64,000 bases of DNA, from the NCBI RefSeq assembly GCF_009914755.1, contig NC_060939.1; one strand, 5' to 3'. Position 1 is the stretch's first letter, and every line of letters begins with the position of its first letter. A program made the translations under genes and the position numbers. The notes beneath the pieces are model-generated. The model made no database searches and was not told where the DNA came from. It worked only from the letters and a program-made list of their open reading frames with translations. Shown here in pieces: positions 30,434 through 48,800 of the stretch. This stretch comes from the human T2T-CHM13v2.0 reference genome, Homo sapiens.

Positions 30434-33013
30434 TCCCTTTACTTTTACTCTGAATCTTTATATTTAAAGTGAATTTTCTTGTAGACAACACATAGTTTGT
30501 CTTGTTTTTTAATTTACTCTGATAATCCCTGTCACTTAATAGGTATATTTAGGCCAGTTACATTTAAAGTGATTGTTGCTGTAACCAGATTAATATCTAC
30601 CATGTTTCCAACTGTTTTCTTTCTGTTCATTGCATTGGTTATTGGTTTCTTTTCTCCCTCTTTTTCTGCCTTCGTCAGTTTTGAGTACTTTATATAATCT
30701 TATCTCCTCTCTCAAAATTTTGATTATACTTATTTTAAAAATTTTTAGTGGTTGCCCTCAGTTTTACAGTATACGTTTTTAACTAACCTAGGTTCTTAAG
30801 ACAACACTATACTGCTTCATTTGTACTATAGGTATTTTATAAGAGTATTCCCAATTCTTCCCTCCCATCCCTTGTAATAGTGCTGTCATTTATTTCACTT
30901 ACCCATATGCTGTAGCTACCCAGTATATTGTTACTACTATTGCTTTAAACAAATCATTACCTTTTAGGTCAACTAAGAATAAGAAAAATAAAAGATTTTA
31001 TTTTACCTTTGCTTTTTCCTTCTCCAGCACTCTTTCTTTCTTTGTAAATCCAAGTTTCTGACCTATATCATTTTCCTTCTGCTTGAAGAACTTCTTTTAA
31101 CATTTCTTGCAGGGCAAATTATCTGCTGATTGATTCTCCTTATTTTTGTTTGTCTGAGAAAGTTTTTATTTCTCATTAACCTTTGAAGTGCAATTTTGCT
31201 GGATATAGAATGTAAGGTTGGTGGGTTTTTTTTTTCAGCACTTTGAATATTTCACTACACTTAACATGGCTTTTGACATGCTCTCCACTGTAATTCTTAT
31301 CATTATTCCTCTGGAGGTAGGGTGGTTTTTTTTATTCTGCCGTCTTTCAAGATTTTCGCTTTGTCTTTGGTTTTCTGCAGTTTGGGTATGATGTGCTTAG
31401 GTGTAGATTTTTAAAATATTTATTGTGCTTGGTATCCTCTCAGCTTCTTGGATCTGTGGTTAGGTGTTTGTCATTAATTTTGGAAAATTCTCGCTTTATT
31501 CTCTCTTCTCTGATATTCCAATTAGATGTACATTCCACTTTTTGATAATGCCCCATGATTTTGGATATTCTGTTTTTTTCATTCTTTTTTCTCTTTGCAT
31601 TTTAGTGTAGGAAGTTTCTACTGGCTGTCCTCAATTGACCCATTCTTTCCACACCCACGTTGAATCTACTGATGAGCCCATCAAAGGCATGCTTCATTTT
31701 TTCTTTGTAGAATTCCTTTTGATTCTTTTTTTACAGTTCTGTCTCTGTGCTTACTAGTCTCTTCTTGCATGTTCCCTACTTATTTTCATTACAGCCCTTA
31801 GCATTCTAGTCATAGTTATTTGAAATACCCTGGTGATAATTCCAACATCTTTGTCTTTTTCTGATGGTTGTTTTGTTTCTTCAGACTGGGGTTTTTCTTG
31901 TTTGGGGCATGAAAATATTATAATTTCTTGTTGAAAGCTTGGTGTCTTGTATGCAGTAATAAGAACTGAGATAAATAGGCCTTTAGTGTGAGGATTTATG
32001 TTAATCCAGCTAGAAGTTGGGTTGTGTGTTTAATGTTTGTTGTAGCTATAGGTTATCAGAGACTTGAAGCTTCTTTAGCGTACTTGATTTTTTGTCTCTA
32101 CTCTTGACTTCGGAACTTCCCTAAGTATTACTCCTCAGAGGGAGCCTTTTTCTTGCAGTTCTTTCAGCTAATAGTTGTTTCCGCTATTATTCTTGAGCAC
32201 TGTTTGTATAATGTTAAGATGTGAGGGAGAAGGACATGCTATGATCTTTGATTAAGTCTCAGGTTTTCAGGGGGCTTGTCTTATGGTTGTGACCTTCACA
32301 AGTGTTTCTCCAGTAGTACAGCTTTCTTCCCCCTGTTCCCTATTCCCTTTCCCATCTGTAGTGTTCCCAATCTATTTCCTGAAGCCCCTGTCCTCTCTTG
32401 ACTATGGGTTGTCGTATTCTCTTCTAACCCCCACTTAGGTCAAACAGGAAAGCTGAAGAAAATTGGAGGAACAAGGAATTTCTTTCCTCTAGCTGGGATA
32501 AGCTTTCACAATTAATTCTCTGGAACAGGTTCTGGGCATGTTTCATGATGGTTACTCTTCCTCTCCCCCTGCCAGAGACAGGAGGGAATCTTTTGGAATC
32601 CTCGTGATGACAACCTGGTAAAATTCCTGGAGGGAATGCCCACAGAAATGTAGTCACCCCTAAGACTGTGGCCCCCAGGATTTTTTCATTCTCACAATAG
32701 TCCACACTCAACCTCTAGCAATTTGTAAGATTACCTTTTAAGTGTTCCTACCAGTTTATGTCTCCCATGGCTTCTGCTTCATGTAAGCAAATCTTGGTTG
32801 CTGTATGTCTCTGAATGCACCTGTCTCTACAGTTTGGGGTGGGGATTTGCCCTGCAATCTCATTTCTCTAGTGAGTCCAGGAAAGTCATTCATTTTCAAT
32901 TTTCCAGCTTTTTCTTGTAAGAATGAAAATGATGACTTTCAAGCTATTTACATGCCACCATTGAAACTGGACATCTCTCCTGGCTATATTTTTAATTTTC
33001 AACATCTGTAAAT

Positions 33014-33312
33014 TTTTTTTTGTTTTTTTTTGAGTCAGAGCCTTACTCTGTAGCCCAAGCTGGAGTGCAGTGGTGCGATCTCGGCTCACTGCAACCCCTG
33101 CCTCCCAGGCTCAAGTGATTCTCATGCTTCAGCCTGTTGAGTAGCTGGGCTACAGGCATGTGCCACTACGTCCAGCTAATTTTTTGTATTTTAGTAGAGA
33201 TGAGGTTTCACCATGTTGCCCAGGGTGGTCTTGAACTCCTGAGCTCAAGCAATCTGCCCACCCCAGCCTCCCAAAGTGCTGGGATTACAGGCATGAGCCA
33301 CCACACCTGGCC
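33014..33312 (-). mobile_element. Alu (Jb/S-like)
   Basis: Antisense dimer; flanks tgtaaatttttt / tgtaaacttttt. Confidence 0.92.
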
Positions 33313-33913
33313 TGTAAACTTTTTTTTATAACAGCTTATTCTTGTTTTATGGTATTCTAATATTGATATCTCTTGAAGTTTTCTCCTGTTTCCTTATTTG
33401 CTGTTTCCTTTATTATTTCTCTTGTTGAATTTTATGCCTCTCTTTCATTGTGTTAATTGTTAATTCTAGATTGTTTAGCTTTCTATACATATTTGCCTTT
33501 GATTATCCCTATATTAGGTTGTTGATAGGTTGTTGACCTATCACAAGTTTATTCATAAAAGTTTGTCATAAGCACTCTTTTTGGGGAAGGAGGTTTAAGG
33601 TTTTGTCCCAAGAAAAAAAGCTAGGGTAGCGTGTGGCTCAATAGGAGCAGAAGCAGCAGTATTTCTGGCTCAGACTATCCAAAAATAGTTTGTTTTTGTT
33701 GTTGTTGTTGTTTTGTTTTGTTTTTTTAATTACTCATGTATTTTCTCATGTCCTTTACTCTATGGAATATCTCTGGTCTTGCTTATCTGCTCATTTGAAA
33801 ACTTTTTTCCTCTGCCAGATTTAGCTGTAGATTTTCTCTATTTTTTTGTTTTCACCAAACCACTTTCTATCGTTTAAGAATTCTTCAACATTTTAATTTT
33901 AAGAATGGCATTT

Positions 33914-34122
33914 TCTTTTTTCTTTTTCGTGTGTGTGTGTATGTGTGTGCGTGTGTGTGTGTGTGTGTTTAGAGAGACAGGGTTTCACTTTGTTGCCCAG
34001 ACTGGAGTGTGGTGAAGTGATCATAGCTCATTGCAGCTTTGAACTCCTGGGCTCAAGCAACAATCCCCCCATCTCAGCTTCCTGAGCAGGTGGGACTACA
34101 GGTGCACACCACCACACCCAGT
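33914..34122 (-). mobile_element. AluJ right-arm fragment with (GT)n microsatellite (33929-33967) in the tail
   Basis: Imperfect gtgtgt run followed by agagacagggtttcactttgttgcccag... Confidence 0.85.
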
Positions 34123-35681
34123 GACATCCCTTGTTATACAAGTAGTTGTTTCTGTAATTTTAAGAGATTTTGGTTGGAAAGGAAGGTAGACAAGTATGGC
34201 TCAATCCAGCTTGATCCAATCACATTCACTTTCAATTAATGAATAGATTTGTTACTATTAGTAGTGGTAAGTTAATATTAATTGAGCATTTAGTTTATGC
34301 CAGGAAACATGATAAATCCTTTAACTATATTTTAATCATTACTTAAACACAGTAAAGTAGATATTGTTACTATTTGTATATATGTTTAAGAAAATGGAAA
34401 CTTAAAAACATTAAATAATCTACACAGCACCACACAGCTAATATATCTGTTGGAGCTAGGATATGAACCCAAATTCTATCCCAGCAAACTCAATTAACCT
34501 CAGTTCCTCACTCACCTGAAACTTCCTCCCTCAAGTTGATTTGCTAATAAGATGCCTCCCTTCTACCAGGCCAAATCCTGTGTATCATTCAAGGCCCAGC
34601 TTTAAATGCCACCTCAGCAGCAGTGCTCTGGGCAATATTCCAGCAGAAAGAAAACTCTTAACTTTTAATTTAACTTTACATTTATTTGACCTCTTGTCTA
34701 GCACTTTCTACTTTATATGTAATACAGTCATTTGATGCATAGTTTCGTCCCTACTGCACAATGAGATCACTAGGAAAAGTGTCAATGTCCTTGTGTCACT
34801 TATTTTTACAATTCCCAGCATTCCCCAGCATGTACCATTTTAATAAATATTATTAATAAGTAATTATATTTATTCAGTTTAACTTCTTTAATTTATAAAT
34901 GCATCCTTATTGGCTCATTATAAATATTTGCATGGATTTTATTTAAATATGATTAAAGGATCTTGAGCATATTTGTTTTAAACCTGTCTTTGGGATTAAT
35001 ATTTATGAATATCCAGGAAATGGCAAATAGTTTTAGAACTAATTAGATAGAGGCTTCTCATTATACTTACGTCAATAAAGATATCTGAATATGTATGAAA
35101 ATTTCAAGGAGATTCAGGATATTTGGGAGCCATTTGCATACTAACTAAACATTTTGATTTTTCCTTCTGGAAGTTAAATAAAATGGATTACAATATGGAA
35201 GGTGATTCCCAAATTAAAAGTAGGCATCAAATAAATCATTGCTTTTGTCACATAAACCTTGAAGGAAAATAGCATATCTGTCAAGTCTTAAAATTCATGT
35301 CAGAATTTCACAAAGCAATTGATTATAAGCTATCTTTCTTTTAAATAGTACGTAGCAAAGAAGTTTGTGCCATTTCAAATAAGTGACATGTCAGACATGG
35401 AGTCCCTGAGATTTATTAGCAAGACCATTTTGTTCTGTTTCAGAAAATTACAGAATTTTGGAATTACAAATTTTACCTGTACAGTGGTTATCTTTACAGT
35501 AATCCTTACCATTTTCTAGTGATAGGGTATTCTTTCTCACAAGACATCCCATTCTAGTGTTTAGTAGAACTTTATTTTTTTTAAAAACTGTTCCTTATTT
35601 TAAACTAAAATCTGCCTGTTTTCTAAAGCTTCTTTTTTACCTATACTTTGAACTTACAGAATCTATAAAAATCTTAAGATT

Positions 35682-36002
<321 letters not shown>

Positions 36003-36768
36003 CCTTAAGATTTTCATGCTAACTCCCATGACAGCAGTTGTCAAGCATAATGGGATAGGGCATAGGGAGTGGGGATATAGTTCTTTCTCTGAGTCTCCTG
36101 AGAGCAGATGTTTATAAACTAGATTGTGACAGGATAAGTGGATGCTAATTCTGAATCATCACCAATGTGTAGTATTATTCCTCTGCTTTAGTTTTCTTTT
36201 ATTCATTATCATTATATTTTAAATTTGGAAAAAGTTATGAATTGTATTAGCTTGGGAAGGGAAGAATAAATATGTCTTTTCTTATACTTCTCATTTATGA
36301 GCTTCATGAAATATGACTAATCTGTTGAGAGACACCATTGGGAACAACCTGTGTACAGCCTGAACTCATTGTATCTGCCATGTATTTTTCAGTGGCTCCT
36401 TTACATGACAGATTACTCTCAGGAGCAAATAATATGCAGCTCTTCTCACATTTTGTTAGTGTTTTTATTTTTAATAAAGTGCTATGATTAATAGCCTAGT
36501 GTTATTGTTGTTTCCCCATTGAGTGTAAATGCTTCATTTGAATGTCTTTAATCTGAAGGAACAGTTGTTTTATTGGACTCTTGTTATTTTTCTGTGCTTC
36601 TCAAGGTTTTTTGATTGCTTTCTTTGAGCTCTTTGCAATGGAGGAAATGAACTCTATCAGAATCATGGAGTAGGACTCCGTAGAGAAATTTTGAGGATGA
36701 ATACTGAGATACTTGAACATTCATACATACATTTTTATGATAATTTCAGAATGGTAGACGCACCATTA

Positions 36769-37120
<352 letters not shown>

Positions 37121-38235
37121 GTAGCCTATGTCTGGCCTACTGGTATTGTGATGACATTGCCATATAGATGCTATCTGAAGTGCCATGTGCTTTCAATAAG
37201 TCTTTCTGTTGTTGTTGTTGTTTGCAAATCAGAGTTAAAGTATAAGACAAGACAAGAGGTGGACACAAAAGGACTATTGAAAAGTTGAGAAATTGTGAAC
37301 TGAGCTTTTACAAGAATATGGTGCCCACTTACCAAGAGGACAGCTCTTCTTGTTATTTTTGCCCTTGAAGTGGTGATACCCTTTAGCCTAGTCATTTCTG
37401 CATTTACTCCCAGGAGCCTGGCTGTGATTAGAAGTGTTTCCTGTAGCCATAGACCAATTTTCCTTTTGTTCAAGAATCCAGAAGGCAAGTTGGGCCTCAT
37501 TGGCACCAACCATCAAGGACTTCATTAGCCCTAACCAGGGGCCAACTAAATTGTCAAATTGGAAATGAAGGACTTTACATGAATTCAAAGCCACTGATAA
37601 GAGAGCTTGAAGGCTTATCTTGTGAAACTGAGTGTTGAATGCATAACTTTTACTTGAGAAAGCAAATAACTTGGGTGGAACTTCTACAAATTAGAGCAAA
37701 ATAATTTAGGATTTATTTGGAGGTTTAATAGCTTGTTAGGTGTAGCCTTGAATATGTAGCATAACATATGCATTTATATTATATACTTAGAAACATTCTG
37801 GTCTTTTTGGTTAATAAGAGTATTACTTTTACTGGCTCTTAGATTGTTTCAGAGGAATTAGAGCTGTCTAGTTTTGTATAATCAAGTCTTTATTTTCATG
37901 TAAACTAAGTAAGTTCTGTTTAGAAAGTCAGCCCCAGAAGGTTTATTTACGCACTATATAAGCTCATGTTTTAAGATTCTCCATATCCCCAAAATTAACA
38001 TTTTTGTTTGTAAGTGTTCTGTTAGTTTTTAGTCATTGAAGAAGCATTTATTGAATGTGTAGTAATATTACTTTCTACAAAGAAAACGAATGTCATAACA
38101 TAAAAATACATAAACATTTTTTACAATGACCAGAGCTTAGAAATACTTTAAATACAGCATTTTTTAAAATTACAGTGGTACTTCTTTGAAAGAGGTTGTC
38201 TGATAATTATTGTAATATCTTAAAAGCACTTGGAC

Positions 38236-38925
38236 CTTACTTCTGGCCATGACCGAATAACTAGTACTGGACTAGGCCTCTTGCTGTAAACAGCTAGAAA
38301 ATTAGACAAAATATATGGAATACATGTTTGTAGACATTTGAAAACATGCAGAACCATGATCCCTAAGACTAAGGAAAACAAATGGGATGAGCCCCATAAT
38401 TGCCCTCCCAGCTTTCCGCTTGGAGCCACTTTTCTGTAGCATAAGATGCCCCATTTATGAACAGGCAGAAGGGAGCAGACAGCCCAGCAGTCTCAGTGAG
38501 ACTGAGATCAGAGTTTAGGTGTAGAAAAGTAGGTGGGGCCGGGCGTGTTGGCTCACGCCTGTAATCCCAGCACTTTGGGAGGCCGAGGCGGGCGGATCAG
38601 GAGGTCAAGAGATCAAGACCATCCTGGCCAACATGGTGAAACCCCGTCTCTACTAAAAATACAAAAATTAGCCAGGCGTGGTGGCACATGCGTGTATTCC
38701 CAGCTACTCGGGAGGCTGAGGCAGGAGAATCACTTGAACCAGGGAGTCAGAGGTTGCAGTGAGCCGAGATCGCGCCACTGCACTCCAGCCTAGCGACAGA
38801 GCAAGACTCCATCTCAAAAGAAAAAGACAATAAAAGTAGGTGGAATTTGTGCAGCAGGCTACTGGAGAGAGAGAAATATGCAGAGAAGAAGCCCAAGGAA
38901 GCTATATAGGGTTCCCCTTGAGTCT
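38236..38925 (+). mobile_element. Old L1M 5'-end fragment, interrupted by an Alu
   Basis: acttctggccatg...aacagctagaaaattagacaaaatatatggaa resembles L1M 5' ends. Confidence 0.5.
38537..38831 (+). mobile_element. AluSc-like
   Basis: gaggtcaagagatcaagaccatcctggcc; perfect TSD AAAAGTAGGTGG (38525-38536, 38832-38843). Confidence 0.93.
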
Positions 38926-39659
38926 TTTGGGTCTCACATTACATTTAGTCTCCTTCAGTTTGTGATAGTTCTTCAGTCTTTCCTTCTCTGCCATACCCTT
39001 GACACTTTTGAAAAGTATTGGTCAGGTATTTTGTCCAGTGTTCTCAGTATGGATTTGTCTGATACTTTTTTGTGATTACATTGAGGTTATGGATTTTTTT
39101 TGGAGGAATACCACAGAAGTGATGTACCCTTTTCAATACATTCGTATCGGGGTACATGATATCAGCATGTCCTGTTATTTGGTAACGTTAACACTGATCA
39201 TGTGGTTAAGGTGGTTTTTGCCAGTCTTCTTGCAGTCATCTCTGAGCCCAGAGCCTCTCTGATTTATTTAGTTTCTCCTGAGTGTAAATCTCCTATTGCC
39301 AAGGGTGAGGGATTTGGAGATTTAAAGCTCTTCTTACAGGAGCTTTCAAATAATTCCTCCATCCCCCATATCATCCTTTCCTCCTGAAGTGCTGCTGATT
39401 CCTGAAGGTCAGTTGGCTTGAGGCTCACCTGTCTGTCCCTTTGGAGGTACTTAGATTGACTCTTTCCCGTGAAATAATTTACTTTTCTTCTATCCACCTT
39501 CTTCTTTCATATATTATAGATTAGGATTACAATCCAAAATATCTCTCAGTTTTATCAGAAATGGAGTTTGTGTTCCTATTTCTTGTCCTGTTTGTTGTTT
39601 GGGTGTATTTATGAAGTGGTGGACCCAGAAATGTATTCGACCTTCCATGCTAAAACTGA

Positions 39660-40240
39660 AGCTAAAAATAGCTTTTTCAGAAGACAGTATTTGGCATCAT
39701 TTCTCAGGCATTCAAATACAAACTTTTGACTCAGCATTTCCACTTCTAGCAATTTGTCTTACAGAAATATTTACACATGGACCCAAAGATAACATGTATA
39801 GGAAAGTTTATAGAAGCATTGCTGATAGTAGCAAAAAAAAAGTAATGGAAACAGCCCAAAAAAAAAGGAAAAACAAGGGAATGATTAAATAAATGGTGGT
39901 ATATCTATATTGTAGAATACTATTCAGCAATTAGAAATAATGAGGTTTGTCTTTATGTACTGTTATGGGAACCTCCTAAAGACATTACATCATATAGCAG
40001 TTTGTAAAGCAACATGTTTGGTATCATTTCATTCCCATATTTATGTGTATATAAAAGTGTGTCATTGAAATGAAAAATATTTGAAAGAATATGCGCCAAA
40101 CTATTAATAGCAGTGTTTTGGAGGTCATCAAAAGGGGAACCATAATCTTTGTATACTTCTTAAACTTTGTATACTTCTGTACCATATGTATTATTTTTAT
40201 AACAAGCATATTGCATTTTGATTTTTCAATAAAAAGATGA
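39660..40240 (+). mobile_element. L1ME-type 3'-end relic
   Basis: ttttgactcagcatttccacttctagcaattt...gaatactattcagcaatt...ends tcaataaaaa. Confidence 0.65.
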
Positions 40241-43200
40241 AATAGACTACCTACAGCAGTAGTTGAGCAACCACTGGAGGTTTTCAGGCATGGGCTCTTT
40301 TTTTTGTTGTTGTTGTTGGTTGAATTTGAATGTCATTCCTGCATTGGTCATTTATTGGATTTCTCTGTAGCATTTATTTATTTTCATTTTTCCATAAGTT
40401 ATTAGGGTACAGGTGGTATTTGGTTACATAAGTTCTTTAGTGGTGATCTGTGAGATTTTGGTTCACCCATCACCTGAACAGTATACAATGCACCATATTT
40501 GTAGTCTTTTGTCCCTCGCCTCCCTCCCACCATTCTCCCCAAGTCCCCAAAGTCCATATCATTCTTAATGCCTTTGCGTCCTCATAGCTTAGCTCCCACA
40601 TGTCGGTGAGAACATTTGATGTTTGGTTTTCCATTCCTGAGTTACTTCACTTTGAATAATAGCCTCCAGTCTCATCCAGGTCACTGCAAATGCTGTTAAT
40701 GCATTCCTTTCTGTGGCTGAGTAGTATTCCATCGTATAAATATACCACAGTTTCTTTATCCACTCATTGAGTAATGGGCATTTGGGTTGGTTCCACGATT
40801 TTACAGTTGCGAATTGTGCTGCTATAAACGTGCACATGAAAGTATCTTTTTCATATAATGACTTATTTTCCTCTGGGTAGATACCCAGTAGTGGGATTGC
40901 TGGATCAAATGGTAGTTCTACTTTTAATTCTTCAAGAAATCTCCATACTGTTTTCCATAGTGGTTGTATTAGTTTACATTCCCATCAGCAGTATAGAAGT
41001 GTTCCCTGTTCACCGCATCCATGACAACATCTACTGTTTTTTGATTTTTTGATTATGGCCATTCTTGCAGGAGTAAGGTGGTAGCGCATTGTGGTTTTGA
41101 TTTGCATTTCCCTGATCATTAGTGATGTTGAGCATTTTTTCGTATGTTGGCCATTTGTGTATCTTCATTTGAGAATTGTCTGTTCATATCCTTAGCCCAC
41201 TTTTTGATGGGATTTTGTTTTCTTACTGTTTTGTTTAAATTTTTTGTCGATTCTGGATGTTAGTCCTTTGTCAGCTTGTTAGTCCTTTGTCAGATTGTGA
41301 AGCTTTTCTCCCACTCTGTGGGTTGTCTGTTTACTCTGCTGACTGTTACTTTTGCTGTGTAAAAGCTCTTTAGTTTAATTAAGTCCCAACTATTTATTTT
41401 TGTTTTTATTGCATTTGCATTTGGGTTCTTGGTCATGAAATCCTTGCCTAAGCCAATGTCTAGAAGGGTTTTTCCATGTTATCTTCTAGAATTTTTATAG
41501 TGTCAGGTCTTAGATTTAAGTCCTTAATCCATTTTGAGTTGATTTTCATATAAGGTGAGAGTTGAGGATCCAGTTTCATTCTCCTACATGTGGCTAGCCA
41601 ATTATCCCAGCACCATTTGTTGAAAAGGGTGTCCTTTCCCCACTTCACGTTTTTGTTTGCTTTGTCAAAGATCAGTTGGCTGTTAAGTATTTGGGTTTGT
41701 TTCCAGGTTCTCTATTCTGTTCCATTGGTCTGTGTGCCTATTTTTTTAGCAGTACCATGCTGTTTTGGTGACTATGGCCTTATAGTATAGTTTGAAATCA
41801 GGTAGTGTGATGCCTCCAGATTTGTTCTTTTTGCTTAGTCTTGCTTTGGCTATGTGGGCTTTTTTGTTTGTTTGTTTCATATGAATTTTAGAATTGTTTT
41901 TTCTAATTTCGTAAAGAATGATGGTGGCATTTTGAATGGGGATTGCATTGAATTTGTAGATTGCTTTTGGCACTATGATCATTTTCACAATATTGATTCT
42001 ATGCATCCATGAGCATGGGATGCATTTCCATTTGTTTGTGTTGTCTGTGATTTCTTTCAGCAGTGTTTTGCAGTTTTCCTTATAGAGGTCTTTCACCTCC
42101 CTGATTAGGTAAATTCCAAAGTATTTTGAGTTTTGCAGCTATTATAAAAGGGGTTGAGTTCTTGATTTGATTCTCTGCTTGGTTGCTGTTGATGTATAGA
42201 AGAGCTATTGATTTATGTACATTAATCTTGTATCCAGAAACTTTGCTGAATTCTTTTATCAGTTATAGGAGCTTTCTGGAGGAGTCTTTAGGGTTTTCAG
42301 CGTAAACTATCATATCATCAGCAAACAGTGACAGTTTGACTTCCTCTTTACCGATTTGGATGCCCTTTATTTCTTTCTCTTGTCTGATTTCTCTGGCTAG
42401 GACTTTCCAGTACTGTGTTGAAAAGAAGTGGTGAGAGTGGGCATTCTTGTCGTGTTCCTATTTTCAGAGGGAATGCTTTCAACTTTTCCCCATTCAGTAT
42501 TATATTGGCTGTGGGTTAGTCACAGATGGCTTTTATTACATTGAAGTATGTCCCTTGTATGCTGATTTGCTGCTAACAATTTTAATCATAAAGGGATACT
42601 GGATTTTGTCAAATGCTTTCTCTGCATCTATTGAGAAGATCACATGATTTTTGTTTTTAATTCTGTTTATGTGGTTTATCACATTTAATTCACTTGCGTA
42701 TGTTAAACCATCTCTGCATCCCTAGTATGAAACACACTTGATCATGGTGGATTATCTTTTTGATATATTGTTGGATTTGGTTAGCTAGTATTTTGTTACG
42801 GATTTTAGCATCTATGCTAATCAAGGATATTGGTCTGTAGTTTTCTTTTTTGGTTATGTCCTTTCCTGGCTTTGGTATTAGGCTGATGCTGGCTTCATAG
42901 AATGAATTAGGGAGGGTTCCCTTTTTCTCAATATTGTGGAATAGTGTCAAAAGGATTGGTACCAATTCTTCTTTGAATGTCTGATAGAATTCTACTGTGA
43001 AATCTGTCTTGTCCTGGACATTTTTTTTGTTGGTAATTTTTTTTTAATTATACTTTAAGTTTTAGGGTACATGTGTACAATGTGCAGGCTAGTTACATAT
43101 GTATACATGTGCCATACTGGTGCACTGTACCCACTAACTCGTCATCTAGCATTAGGTATATCTCCCAGTGCTATCCCTCCCCCCTCCCCACACCCCACAA

Positions 43201-43251
43201 CAGTCCCCAGAGTGTGATGTTCCCCTTCCTGTGTCCATGTGTTCTCATTGT

Positions 43252-47081
<3,830 letters not shown>

Positions 47082-47134
47082 TTATTTTGCTCGTTAGTTG
47101 ATGCAGTTTCTTCCTAGTCTCGATGGTCTTTACA

Positions 47135-48148
47135 TTTTGGCATGGTTTTGCAGCAGCTGGTACCGGTTGTTCCTTTCCATGTTTAGTGCTTCCTTCAGGA
47201 GCTCTTTTAGGGCAGGCCTTGTGGTGACAAAATCTCTCAGCATTTGCTTGTCTGTAAAGGATTTTATTTCTCCTTCACTTATGAAGTTTAGTTTGGCTGG
47301 ATATGAAATTCTGGGTTGAAAATTCTTTTCTTTAAGAATGTTGAATATTGGCCCCCACTCTCTTCTGGCTTGTATGTAGAGTTTCTGCCGAGAGATCCGC
47401 TGTTAGTCGGATGGGCTTCCTTTTATGGGTAACCTGACCTTTCTCTCTGGCTGCCCTTAACATTTTTTCCTTCATTTCAACTTTGGTGAATCTGACAATT
47501 ATGTGTCTTGGAGTTGCTCTTCTCGAGGAGTATCTTTGTGGCATTCTCTGTATTTCCTGAATCTGAATGTTGGCCTGCCTTGCTAGATTGGGGAAGTTCT
47601 CCTGGATAATATCCTGCAGAGTGTTTTCCAACTTGGTTCCATTCTCCCTGTCATTTTCAGTTACACCAATCAGACGTAGATTTGGTCTTTTCACATAGTC
47701 CCATATTTCTTGGAGGATTTGTTCGTTTCTTTTTATTCTTTTTTCTCTAAACTTCCCTTCTCGCTTCATTTCCTTCATTTCATCTTCATCGCTGATACCC
47801 TTTCTTCCAGTTGATTGCATCAGCTCCTGAGGCTTCTGCATTCTTCACGTAGTTCTCGAGCCTTGCTTTCAGCTCCATCAGCTCCTTTAAGCACTTCTCT
47901 GTATTGGTTATTCTAGTTATACATTCGTCTAAATTTTTTTCAAAGTTTTCAACTTCTTTGCCTTTGGTTTGAATTTCCTCCTGTAGCTTGGAGTAGTTTG
48001 ATCGTCTGAAGCCTTCTTCTCTCAACTCATCAAAGTCATTCTCTATCCAGCTTTGTTCCATTGCTGGTGAGGAACTGGGTTCCTTTGGAGGAGGAGAGGC
48101 GCTCTGCTTTTTAGAGTTTCCAGTTTTTCTGCTCTGTTTTTTCCCCAT
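47135..48148 (-). pseudogene. L1 ORF1p, frameshifted
   Basis: MGKKQSRKTGNSKKQSASPPPK... (47786..48148) continues in another frame (47332..47841). Confidence 0.9.
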
Positions 48149-48549
48149 CTTTGTGGTTTTATCTACTTTTGGTCTTTGATGATGGTGATGTACAGATGGA
48201 TTTTTGGTGTGGATGTCCTTTCTGTTTGTTAGTTTTCCTTCTAACAGACAGGACCCTCAGCTGCAGGTCTGTTGGAGTTTGCTAGAGGTCCACTCCAGAC
48301 CCTGTTTGCCTGGGTATCAGCAGCAGTGTCTGCAGAACAGCGGTTTTTCGTGAACCACGAATGCTGCTGTCTGATTGTTCCTCTGGAAGTTTTGTCTCAG
48401 AGGAGTACCCGGCCGTGTGAAGTGTCAGTCTGCCCCTACTGGAGGGTGCCTCCCAGTTAGGCTGCTCAGGGGTCAGGGGTCAGGGACCCACTTGAGGAGG
48501 CAGTCTGCCCGTTCTCAGATCTCCAGCTGCGTGCTGGGAGAACCACTGC

Positions 48550-48800
48550 TCTCTGCAAAGCTGTCAGACAGGGACATTTAAGTCTGCAGAGGTTACTGCT
48601 GTCTTTTTGTTTGTCTGTGCCCTGCCCCCAGAGGTGGAGCCTACAGAGGCAGACAGGCCTCCTTGAGCTGTGGTGGGCTCCACCCAGTTCAAGCTTCCGG
48701 GCTGCTTTGTTTACCTAAGCAAGCCTGGGCAATGGCTGGCGCCCCTCCCCAAGCCTTGCTGCTGCCTTGCAGTTTGGTCTCAGACTGCTGTGCTAGCAAA
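48550..48800 (+). promoter_or_regulatory. L1 antisense promoter region, oriented along NEO1
   Basis: Position in an intact L1PA 5'UTR just upstream of and around the ORF0 ATG. Inferred from known L1 architecture; limits approximate. Confidence 0.55.
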
